From Octopus bimaculoides (Eukaryota), in NCBI RefSeq assembly GCF_001194135.2, contig NC_068982.1:161914383-161978382 (forward strand): DNA of 64,000 bases. The letters are read 5' to 3'. The notes below the pieces were generated by a model. The model was not told the origin of the DNA. It searched no databases and saw only the letters and a program-made list of their open reading frames with translations. Positions 52,506 to 64,000 of the stretch are shown one piece after another; position 1 is the stretch's first letter, and every line of letters starts with the position of its first letter. Position numbers and translations under genes: made by a program.

Positions 52506-55500
52506 TTGGTCTCCCGGCTAAAACGATAATGATAAATTTTTATGTTTGCTTGACATTTTATAAGTGTGAAAGAGATTAAAATTTTGTTACTCCATATCAA
52601 AGGTTCCGACAGGAGTAGGTAGAAAATTAGAGCTTGAGACAATAAGATACTTTCAACCAATCAGAATTCTGTTTACATAATCAGTTTGATCAGTCACCTT
52701 CCTCTGTCAGTTGAGTCAAGTGTCAATACAAGCTGATGTTTATTGGTAATTAAACTTATTTTGCAACAGCTTTGTTTTTGTTGATAAGAATTATCAAAAA
52801 CTTTTTCCGTGATCGTAATTTGAGAAGACATACAGAAGTATGCTGAAGACGGACATAATCTCCTGTGGGCAAGAAATGTAAAATAAAGTTTATTATAAAC
52901 AACACAAACACTTCATATTTAATAGCTCTCACTGTGATACCTGTTAAGAAGAAATTATTTTTATTTAATGAAAATTTAATAAAATCTAATCATAAGTAAA
53001 ATTATCCTAAATACAACTAAATTGAAAATCTTTTTTCCCCTGGCCATATCAGCAATTCTGAAAACTTTTGGGTGCGAATTTTACATGAGTAGAAGCCTTT
53101 TTTTAACAATTTTTATCTTGAAAATCACCTGCGTAAATTACACAGGTGTGCAAATTGCATGAGTTTTTACAGTAATTTAGTTATGAATGTTAGATTACTG
53201 GAATGTAATNNNNNNNNNNNNNNNNNNNNNNNNNNNNNNNNNNNNNNNNNNNNNNNNNNNNNNNNNNNNNNNNNNNNNNNNNNNNNNNNNNNNNNNNNNN
53301 NNNNNNNNNNNNNNNNNNNNNNNNNNNNNNNNNNNNNNNNNNNNNNNNNNNNNNNNGAATGCATCTGTAGGGCTGCTACTCTTAATGTTTAGTTTTGGCT
53401 TTTGTAGTTTTGTTCTGAAAGTTTAGGTTTAGATTTCCGGTTAGTCTTGATTCCATCAGAGGTTTTCCTCCCTCATTACAATGAAATAACAACCTGAAGG
53501 AAACAATAAAAAGAGCAAGCTGTACATCTTGATAAATGAAATGTTTAAACTACAATAAACACAAAATAGCAACAAAAGAAAATAAAATTCCAGTTTAAAA
53601 TATGATATCAGTCTAAACAATGTAAAGCAGTTAGAAATGAGTGTTTAAATATAGGTAAACTTTTTTTAATCTATCTGGATCTGAAACTACTGAGAGTTAA
53701 GAGTGAATCTTTGAGTGGTTTCTAGAAACAGATGCCTTTATCTTGATGGCAAGCTGTTGTTTGTGTGTCAATTCGAAAGTCAGGTCCAGAATTATTTCTG
53801 TGAATCCAGTAATGTCAGTTGTAAAACTATCTGTTGTTCTAGGTATAGCTTTAAACAAAGCCAGCAAGTATTTAAGATAAACAAACCAGTTGTTCTCTCT
53901 CTCTCTTTCATTGGGTCAGTACATTTTGGTGGAACAGTGACTAATAATTTAACTACTTTTTTCTCATATTCAATAGTTTCCCAACTCAAAAGAACTTCTT
54001 TGTATATTTCTTTGTACATTATTAGTTGTTTTTGTTTGTCTTTGCCATCCCCGCCATCCTTGAGTCTGTTCTAGAAATACATTTATTTTACATATGTATT
54101 TCAGGTTATGCTATTTCTCTTATTGTTATTCATTTACAGAAAAGCAACATTCTTTGTAACTCTAAGTCCCTCCTTCACCACAAGATAGTGAAAGAGCTGG
54201 TGAGGTAGTTTAAAGTGTTGGGACAGTGACAGCAGTGGGGATGGGCCAGCTGATTCAGAGGTAAAAATTCTGGAATTGGTGTCATCTTGCAAACATGGGT
54301 TACATGAGTCAACATGTGAGCTTGTATGTGGTCATTTGACATACTAGTAGTAGTAGTAGCCAAATTTTACTCAAATCACACTAACACCTTAAAGAGGTAC
54401 ACCACAATCAGTAATGTAGTCCAGTGTACACTATTCTGGTGGTGGTGGTGAGATAGGACAGTTATGGTGTGAATGCATTTGATGGTGGGTCTGGTGAATC
54501 AGAGTCAACCTGAGGCTGAACAAAATTTGATTTGGTCTATCGACTGGAGTACAACAGATTATTTTCATCTTTTAACCTTTTGAAATTGACAATGTAACCA
54601 TGATGTTAACTATATGGAAGAAGGAGCCACATTGAAATAAAACAGATCAGCTTTGATTCTGTTACAGCCGTTCTTTTTGTGACAACTCTATAACAAGATA
54701 CATTGGAGAAGTCTTGTATCTTTTACCTAACATTATAGAATTTTGGTTAAGCACCATTCCTGTTCTGCTATATATCTTATCATATGAATGGTAGAAATGT
54801 GTAAAATGTTTTAAATGCAACTGGTTCCTATTCATAAACAAATTTAATAACCCTTGGAAGAAGATTTCAATTTTTCTTGTGCAGTAGTTTCAATATTTAG
54901 AGGTTTCTCACTTTTGGATAGAGTATCAGATATTATGAAGAGGAGATATATGACTTCCATACCATTTTCGAGGTCATGATTGATGTGAGTAGAAGAAAAT
55001 CTGGGTTATGTTTATTAGACATTGCCACATCTTAACAGCTCTTACAATTTATTCAATTAATTAAAAAAAAAAAAGAAATTACATATAGAGAATTTAATGA
55101 AGCAGTTGACATTTCAGTGTACAGTTAATCCTCTAATTATTATTCGTTTTAATGAACTTTTGATATATATTTTAAAAAAAAGATTTTTGCATGTGACTAT
55201 AGAAAAGTGGACATTAAGTGATGATGGTGGTGGTGTATATGAAGGACAAGAAGAAAAGATATTTGCAATGATTTTATATGTCTTGAGTGGTTATGAAAAT
55301 TTAGACAAGTCATTTGCAAGTATTGTCAGACAAAATGTTTTACAGCTGGATGTGCTTTGGGACAATAAGATAGATGGATGATGTGCTCTCTTTCAACTGG
55401 CTACACTGTAGTAACAGTAAAGGAGTCTTAGTCAACTCTCTCTACACAGATGTATGACCCACAAGTGGCATTCAAACTTTGGGCCTCACCGAGTCAATGA

Positions 55501-55666
55501 CAAGTGACTGAGACCTTTGGAGATATATGCTGTGCATGAGAAAGCCCGGCAAGCCAAGTGAGATCATATCCGCGGCCGATGCTAGTGTTGCATAACTGGC
55601 TAGTTTAAAAGTACCCTTCAATATACTGTGCTTGAAAAGACCTGTTGAGTTCAGTGAAATCGTTGT

Positions 55667-55930
55667 CATGGCCGATGCTAGTACCGCCTGATTGGTACCC
55701 ATGCTGGTGGCACGTAAAAAGCACCATTCGAGCGTGGCTGATGCTAGTGCCACCTGACTGGCTCCCATGCCAGCGGCGTGTAAAAAGCACCATTCGAGCA
55801 TGGTTAATGCCAGTGCCACTTGACTGGCTCCTGTACCGGTGGCACATAATAGGCACCATTCAAGTATGGTCGTTGCCAGTGCCACCTGACTGGCCCCCAT
55901 GCCGGTGGCACATAAAAAGCACCCACTATA
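55667..55930 (+). repeat. Four tandem 66-bp units inside a family C SINE
   Basis: Units start at 55667, 55733, 55799 and 55865; consensus like catggccgatgctagtgccacctgactggctcccatgccggtggcacgtaaaaagcaccattcgag. Confidence 0.92.
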
Positions 55931-58334
55931 CTCTCATAGTGGTTGGCATTAGGAAGGGCATCCAGCCGTAGAAACCTTGCCAGAACAGATTGGAGCCTGA
56001 TGCAGCCACCTGGCTAGCCAGTCTTTAGTCAAACCGTCCAACCCATGCCAACATGGAAAGTGGACATCAGAAGAAGAAGACATATATATANNNNNNNNNN
56101 ACTCAGTATCTCAGTCATACTAAATTATGTAGTCTGCTCTGAGACCACCACACTCCTTGGCACAAAGGTTAATTGTATACAGAACTGCATAGTAGTCAAG
56201 ATGTATGATTACAGGCTGTTTTAGTTACCACAGATGGAGACTGGCTAATTGTTTAAGGATTCATTATAAGTAGTCGTTGGATTTTATTGAGGCAACTTGA
56301 TTTAGTGTTGTTGTGTAGCAACTGGTCAGCTTTGGTTGAGCAAACTTATGCCAAACCTGAGCTAACCCACCAAGCTGTTGTTTCAGGTACACTATGCTAA
56401 GGGCCAAATTACACATCTCTACAAGTATTGGCTAATTCTATGGTATGCAATGTGACAATATAAATATGTTATATTATCTCCCATAAAATACCGTACAGAG
56501 TAATCAGCATGGACGCCAACTTGTTTCTGTGTAATGTTGGTATGTGCAATTCAACTTCTCAGTATTCTAAATACCTTACTTATTCCACCACAACTTTTTA
56601 TTGTAAATATTTACCTGCTACGGAACAGATTTTAAAATGTCAAGTGACTTTTGAATCTCTCTCCCTATGTCTTCTTTTTCTCACACATATACACTTTCAG
56701 ACGTTCCTTTAATGTCTTGATCATATGTAACACATAGTTATTCTGTTCATTATCGTTGTCTTCATTATCATCATCATCGTTTTATGTCAATGTTCCATGC
56801 TGGCAGACATCTATACTTAATGTGAAGTGCCCTGAAACTTGTGTCAACACAAATACCTCACAAAGATGCCTGTATCATTACTGTGTGTGTGTGTATATAT
56901 ATCAATCATCATCATCATCATTGTTTAACGATGATGATGATGTATATATATATATATAGGTACACGCATGGCTGCATGTTAAGAAATTGCTTCCCAACCA
57001 TATGGTTCTGGATTCAATTTCTGCAAGTGTCTTCTTCCATAACTTCAGGCTAACAGAAATCTTGTGAGTGGATGGGGTAGACAGAAACTGAAAGAAGCCT
57101 GTCATATGTGTGTATCTTTGTTTTATGTTTATCCCCAACCACTGCTTGACAACAGGTGCTAGTTTGTTAACAGTCCTGTGACTTGGTTGATCAGCAAAAA
57201 GAGACCAATCAATGTCTTCAACTAAACCCTTCAAGACAGTGCCCTAGCATGACCACAGTCCAATGACAGAAATAAGTAAAAGATAAAAGATTTGTGCATA
57301 TGTTGTGTGTTTATATATATATGCATATATAGTTATTTTGGTATATCTGTGACTCATTGACTGCATTTATGTAAGAGATGAATAAATTCTAATGGATTTG
57401 TATTTACTAGATATATTTTTGACATTGTGACCATTGTATTACTTGAAATAACATTCTTCTAATCTAGAATTATTTAAGATATTTTTCTTTTTTTGTTATT
57501 CAAATTAAGTATTATATTGTGTGTGTGTACACACACAAATATATAAATGTATGTATGTAAGTATATAAGTATGTATGAAGAGTTGAAATCCAAGTGATCC
57601 ACGCCCACAACTTCACCTACTGCTAGCTGCTATTCCTACCAACATCATAGTCTTAACTGCTGTTGGTCTCGGAATAACTGGAAATAGTTAATATGAAGTT
57701 GCATAATGCCTGGCAGTTATCCAGAATCACCTGAAAGCACAGTGAAACATGTGACTTGCATGTTTATTAAATGAGCTGTAAGATAGCAGAACTGGAGCCT
57801 TATAATGTGAACTGTTTTATTGAGTAACTTTGCTCTTAATATATGCAATAATAGACATAAGATAATCATGATGATTATTTGAGCTTAGGAAGTTCTCTGT
57901 TGTAGAAATCCCTTCCCCTCAGATATTGCCATATTATTAAACAGTGGCTATCTTTGTTTATAAATAAGTTTTGGGAATTGTTTTAGGAAGTTTTATGAGG
58001 TTTTGTTTTAATCCTTTCATTAAAATTAAATTAAAGCTATAACTGCTCCAGGGAGCAGAACCAGAGACCATGGGTCTGCTCTTTGGCATTCTTACAGCTA
58101 CTATGATAGCTTTTGTTCCTTTGAACTAGCAATTCTACTCTAGACCCATCCCAGTGCACTTGTCTTTTCTCTTAGTCATTTCAAATGTGCCTACCCAATA
58201 CACTCCAAAGTAAACACTTGCCTACAATTTGTGATTGACAGAAGTTCAAGCTTAACATCAAACCCCATAGATCTCACCACACATATGCACCTTCGTTGTT
58301 TCCTCTAAATAAATAAATAAATAATAATGATGAT

Positions 58335-58680
58335 AGTTTCAAATTTTGACACAAGGCCAGCACAAGTTGATTTCATTGACCCCAGTACACAACTAATACT
58401 TATTTTATTGATCCCAAAAGGATGAAATTCAACCTTCACAGAATTTGATCTCAGAATGTAAAAACGGATGAAATGCTGCTACAAACTCTGAAAATTTTGA
58501 GGAGAGGGATCTAGTCAATTGCACTAAACCCCCATGCCCTGCTATAGTGGTACCTATTTTATCGACCCTGAAAGGGTGAAAAGCAAACTTGATCTTAGTG
58601 GGGTTTGAATGCAGAAAGTAAAACCAGAAGAAATGCTGCTAATCATTTCATCTGATGTGTTCTCAATTCTACCAACTTGA
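58335..58680 (-). mobile_element. Two family A SINEs in tandem
   Basis: Repeated ccccagtac...ttattttattgatccc...gaatttga.ctcagaatg modules. Confidence 0.75.
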
Positions 58681-59932
58681 CAATAATAATAATGATAATA
58701 ATGGTAACAGTATCAAAAGTAATAATAAGGTGTACACACATGCACACACACACAATCAAGTAATTTTTCAATGATTTCTAATAAATATATTTGAGATTAT
58801 AATTTGAACATAATGTATTGTCTAGTTGATGGTCCTATCTTGTCTGACACAGTATCAGATGTATATAAACACATATCTCTCAGCACACACACACATGCAG
58901 GTCTGTCTATTTTTTGGATTTTATGAATATATTAGAGACATTAGAGAAAGTAATAATTGTTTTAACTGGTTGACATAATCTACGTAATTAACTCGTATAA
59001 AAAAAAAACGAAAAAAAAAAAACAAAGGAAAAGAAAAAGTAAAAAGTTGAAATCAAAAGTAATTTCTGAATAATTCTTGTTGGGAAGGTGGGGGTGAGAG
59101 AAATCACAGGGTGACTATAGGGGAAATGCTTTTATTACTTTCCTTTAATGTATTCTGTGTGTGTTTTAATTGTGTGATATAAAACTGTAGCTAGTTAGTT
59201 AAAATTGTTAATTTAAACACTGATGAGGAATAATAAAATAAAAAGAAAAAGAAATATTGTACAATACTGGCAAGTGACTGTTGCTGTTGAAGGCAGGCTA
59301 GTCGTTTTTTTCTCTTTTTTTTTGTTTGTTTTTTTTTTTTTACTTACACTGAAACTCGCCTGTCAGCTGCTTCTAGCTACTAACACATGCTACAGTAGTT
59401 GATATTACCATATCAACTATGGAGCTGTAAGCATGCTTCTCTACTAGCTCCAGCTCCATCTCCAGCTATTAATTTTCGTACTCTCACAACAAGCAGCTCC
59501 TTGCATTTTTAAGCCCCAACCAGCTTTTGACCACATTCACTTCATTTTATTGGGGTAACTATGTAATATGTTTTAATAATAGCTTTAATGTGTAGCTCCT
59601 CAGTGTTTTGTGTGTCAGCTCAGATGATTGCCGGCCAACATTTACGCTGAAAAGAATGATGTGCATTGGGATTGTAGTTTGTTTTGTCGCTCGACAACAG
59701 GTGATTCTGGCTGATGAGCAAACTTCACTTCGTACAACTTACATGACATGAAAACAGGAGGAAAATGGCCATCAGAAAAGAAACCTTCAGACTGTTTATA
59801 AAAAACTTTTTATGGGATTATATTACCTGACAGCTAAGAGTGAATAATTTCTATATTTACCTGTAAAGTTCTCTGTGAATTATCTATGTTGTTCTTGTTA
59901 GCCATGAGATATTTGTGAAAGCCACCAGCACC

Positions 59933-60170
59933 ATGCCGACAAGACCACACAAATCATTTAAAAAATCATTCCGGAATTTACAAACCAAAGGCATTCTTTC
60001 ATTTGTACTATCAGCTGTCTATGTGCTCATTAAAGTCATGTTTATCATTGCTATGTTTTTCTGTGCAAAATTCCTGCACTATGGTGAGAAACTCATTCGT
60101 TTTTTATTTAGTGGTTTTGGAATGGATCCAGAAAAAGTCAACCCAAATTCTGATTATTGTCATATAGAAG
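59933..60170 (+). CDS. Candidate unannotated exon (alternative first exon or internal exon) encoding a basic leader plus a hydrophobic, probably transmembrane, segment
   Basis: accATG at 59933 opens 79 codons (MPTRPHKSFKKSFRNLQTKGILSFVLSAVYVLIKVMFIIAMFFCAKFL...SDYCHIE-G) ending at a consensus donor GAAG|gtaagt. Possible acceptor gttcttgttag|C at 59901/59902. Upstream ~600 bp is repeat-free. No homolog recognised. Confidence 0.45.
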
Positions 60171-60689
60171 GTAAGTACATATTTCTTCTATTGTTTGTAT
60201 TGGAATTTCTGTTTGGTGCTCTGACTGGAGGGGTTATCATGCAAAAATATCTCACACCCTTCAGTTTGCTATAAACTTCTTTAACTCTACCGTTTGTTTT
60301 TAGCAGTTATTAACTGAAAATTTTCAGATTGTACATTATATTGAATTTATTTTATTCTTGAAAATAGGGAAAAAAATGAGAACATTGTTTAATTTTCTTT
60401 TTTCCTTTCTTTTTCCTTTTTCTCTTTTTGTTTTCGTTTTCTCCATGTTTTCTCCTCCCACTTTCCTCCTTGTATGATGCAGTGATGCTGTCACATGCTG
60501 AACATTGCAAACTTACATCTATTGATCTAAAACAATTACGATGTGGGTGTATACATATATACTAAACTACTAGCTATCTCAAAAAATCAGGCAATATATT
60601 AACTATTTGACAATTAAACTACCTGGAATTATATTTACTGATTACTGTCATATTTATTGTTGATCTTTAAATCAGTTAGAGTTATAGTT

Positions 60690-60890
60690 CCTGTTTGATA
60701 ATGAAACTACTCAGTGTTATTGTATTTGCTGTTTGACTTAACTGCCTAGTGTTATCTTTACTGTCTGATAATGAAACTACCTAATATTGTTGTACTTTCT
60801 GTTTGACAAACTATCTAGTGTTGTATTTACTGTTAATGAAAACTATCCAGTATTATTGTATTTGCTGTTTCCTAATTAAGCTGCTCAGTA
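60690..60890. repeat. Degenerate minisatellite, ~30-bp units with dimeric structure
   Basis: Recurring taatgaaactac..agt.ttattgtattt.ctgtt. Confidence 0.7.
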
Positions 60891-61783
60891 TATATTAAAC
60901 ATTTTACATCAAACTTTATTTGGTGTTATAAATAAATAAACTTGTTAAAAACACATGCAACATTGTTAATGAGATATCACAATAATTTCTACCAGTTACT
61001 GGTATAATTTAGTTACTTTGTTGGATGGCAGAGTGGACTCTGTCAGATTGGACTATTTCTTTGAGACAATACTGTTTATCACTGAGTAAAATGGGTGTGG
61101 AATACTTTGAAATTCTCCCCTAAATTTTTGATTCAGTTTCTGGTAAATTACATATCCAGCCAGTTCAATATCCTCGTTGAATTAGATATCACTATTGACA
61201 AGACAAAACAACAATCTTTTTTTTTAACATTTGTTTGTGCTGCTGTATAGTGTTTCTAACAAATAATTTATATTCTTCAGAAAATAACAAAGTTATTTCT
61301 AAATGTTATGTCAACTTAACCGTAGGGAAAGATAGCCTTTTAGTTGCTGTTTGTATTGTGTGTGTGCGTGTAAAATAAAATGATTATACAAGACAATAAA
61401 TATGGGCCGAGTGAATGAATGTTTTAGTTGTAAATCCAACAAGAGACATTAAAATTAATTTTATATTGTGAATCTCTGCATCTAGTCGAGTGGTTTTTAA
61501 CCTTTAGTGATAGATAAATATAACATCCTGCTATAATGAACCAGTGTTTTGGAGATTTTGTGTTGATCACTACTTACTAAGTTTTTATGTGAAGTTTATC
61601 TTGTCAGAGAAGAGTTTTTTAGGTTTGTTTTTCAAAGGATGCTAGCTGTTATGACTATAATATTAAGTTAGGGGTTCAAACACTTAATTATACAGAAATA
61701 ATCTTCACAAAAAACTCAAATTATAATATAGTTATTTCTTTGGGCTACACCCCTGCAGTTTTTTTATTTTTATTTCTCTGAAG

Positions 61784-61833
<50 letters not shown>

Positions 61834-64000
61834 TCTTATGAGAGTGACCAGTGTGTATGAAATTGTTTACTTATCACTGTTAACTGATGTATTTCAGTAC
61901 AATTATTTTATCAATATTTTTGTATATGCTGTTGCTTAACTTGGATTTTAAATGTCTCTCTATTATTATTATTATCCAAATTTTCTGGCAGAAACCAGTC
62001 AGAGAACTGTATAGATGTTTTTTTTTCCCTTTTCTACATTCATTCCTTTATAAGCAAGTTGAGATATTGATTAATTGGCTGGTTGGTTGATTGGTTAGTT
62101 GGTTGTGTGGTTAATTGGTGCATTGATTAGTTGATTTAAAACAAAAACATTTCACCAGACACCGTTGTTATTTCTAACTGGACCATGCAGTAGTTCAACT
62201 TTCATACACAACCAGTTCTTCAAAAAAAGTTACGATACGCTCAGATTGTATTCAACTGTATTCTCATTTCATAACCAGTGTCATGCAAATGAAAGCAATC
62301 TCCAGTTATTGATCATCAGTGTCTTTGATCTAACACATACGCACACTTGTCCAAGTTATAGACTTTATCAGTTCAAATCAATGGTGGGGAGCTTCTATGT
62401 GGTTGCTTAACCTGCCAGAAAATGTACCAGGTCTCTATCAATACCACATCTTTCTTTTCCTTCCTTCCTCCTTCCTTTCTTTTTTCTTTCTTTCTTAGAG
62501 AACACATTGGATGCACAATTTCTAGAATAGAGGAAACAGTGAGGTTGGTCATGGCTTGAATGCCTTTAACTAGGTAAAATGTGGTTGGTTTGGATAATAT
62601 TTTATTAAAGTCTAAATGACAGAAGAGTTGTAATTGAGATGAAAACAGTCTGGACTTTTATTTTCCTCTCCAGGATATCTGCTTACAATTTGATTGTTAT
62701 CAAGTTCTTATTCTCCACCAATTTGCTACACATGTACATGCATAAATGGTTTAGTTGAATAGAACAAAGCATAATGTAGTTACCAATACTATAAACACTC
62801 ACTCTAAATTGTGTGTGTGTGCACGCGCACGCACAGACACTCACACTTAGTTACATACACACATACACACTCAATCTAGAGAAATGAATTTAATATTAAA
62901 AAATATTTGTAATCTTATTGATGTTTTCTTGCATCAGCACAAAGCTACAGATTTATTGGCGATGAGAATAGTTGTCTATTATTCAAAATACTACAAGGCT
63001 CAACAGTCTGTTGTTGTTGACTGTCCTAACTGTACACTTCATGGATATTTTTTAAGGTAAAGGACATACATTGTAAAGGAGGGATTATTGTTGATTTAAG
63101 TGATACAAGCATATTATTGGTTATTCTTTTGTAATGAAAAGTAATTCATTCTGGTAAGATTTGAACTCAAAACATTGAAGGTGAACTCTGTATCCTATTT
63201 AGTGTTTCTGTTATATTGGTAGTGATGAAGATTGTTTCCCAGCCTTAAGACATGTTTTGGAATGGAAGATGTTCCATTCTAGTGAAATAACTGATGCTGA
63301 TTCAATAGTCTGTAATTATTTCACTGCTGAAGATGGAAAGAAGAGTTACTAAATTATGCTCCAAAATGTATTTAATATAAATCTCTGCTATAATCATTTA
63401 TTGTACAGTTATATAAATAATAATGATTTCTTCCATTAGTACAAGGCCCGTACATCGGCAGAAGTGGCATTATAGTTAATTCAATGAAACATTTTCCCCC
63501 AATATTTGATTAGTACTTTTATTGAACACTGAAGGATGACAGAAAAATCAATCATGACAGAGTTTGAACTCAGAATGTATAGGAACATAACTAAATACTG
63601 CAAAGAATTTTGTGTGGCACTCCACTTATCCTGCTAACTACTGTTATAATAAGAAGAGTAATTGTTAATAAAGTGGTAGGGCATACCTACTAAAAGCTAA
63701 GACTATCCCCCTAATCTACGATGTATCTATGAAGGAGCTTGACTAATTAACTGTGTATGAAGACTTGGAAACAGAGATTTCAGAATCTTTACAGTGCTTG
63801 TTGGTGTCATCTGGTGCAGTTAGAAGTTTATTAAAAATATTGTGAGAAACAGATTGTTCTTATCACTATTGCTCACATCCTTTCTGGAATATTGTTTACT
63901 TGATAACCCACTGAAACGACACAATGTAGATTACACTATATATTACTTTGTTGATATATAAATGTGTGTGTGTGGATGATAGGCACATGCATGGCTGTGT

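Noticed and set aside
55472-55971. Repetitive 142-aa and 108-aa ORFs, and a superficial CRISPR-like look
   Set aside because: By-product of a 66-bp (3x22) tandem unit within a SINE; there are no unique spacers and no cas genes, and the context is eukaryotic.

Overview
Strongly AT-rich, repeat-dense eukaryotic DNA with several N-gaps; not prokaryotic. The SINE families resemble those I recall from Octopus (coleoid cephalopod) genomes, so that assignment is from memory. The window lies inside one large + strand gene, a Trio/Kalirin (UNC-73) RhoGEF ortholog. Two constitutive spectrin-repeat exons are clear: 34835-35026 (192 nt, phase 0/0) and 38629-38798 (170 nt, phase 0/2). The flanking exons were not found and must lie outside the window or in gaps. 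The rest is intron: dozens of SINEs from about three families, degenerate RTE and Jockey/CR1-type LINE fragments, a full-length dead DD34D mariner (42454-43674), a young hAT MITE with perfect TIRs and TSD (200-495), three TTAA-flanked piggyBac-like MITEs, and micro/minisatellites. The most interesting signals are three repeat-free islands, each ending in a good splice donor (27150, 40897, 60170). They may be unannotated alternative or internal first exons giving truncated Trio isoforms with new N-termini: Met-Val, a Cys-rich leader, or a transmembrane segment. Also notable are an exact 82-bp inverted duplication near the first exon and inverted MITEs bracketing both exons. All alternative-exon calls are hypotheses that need RNA data.
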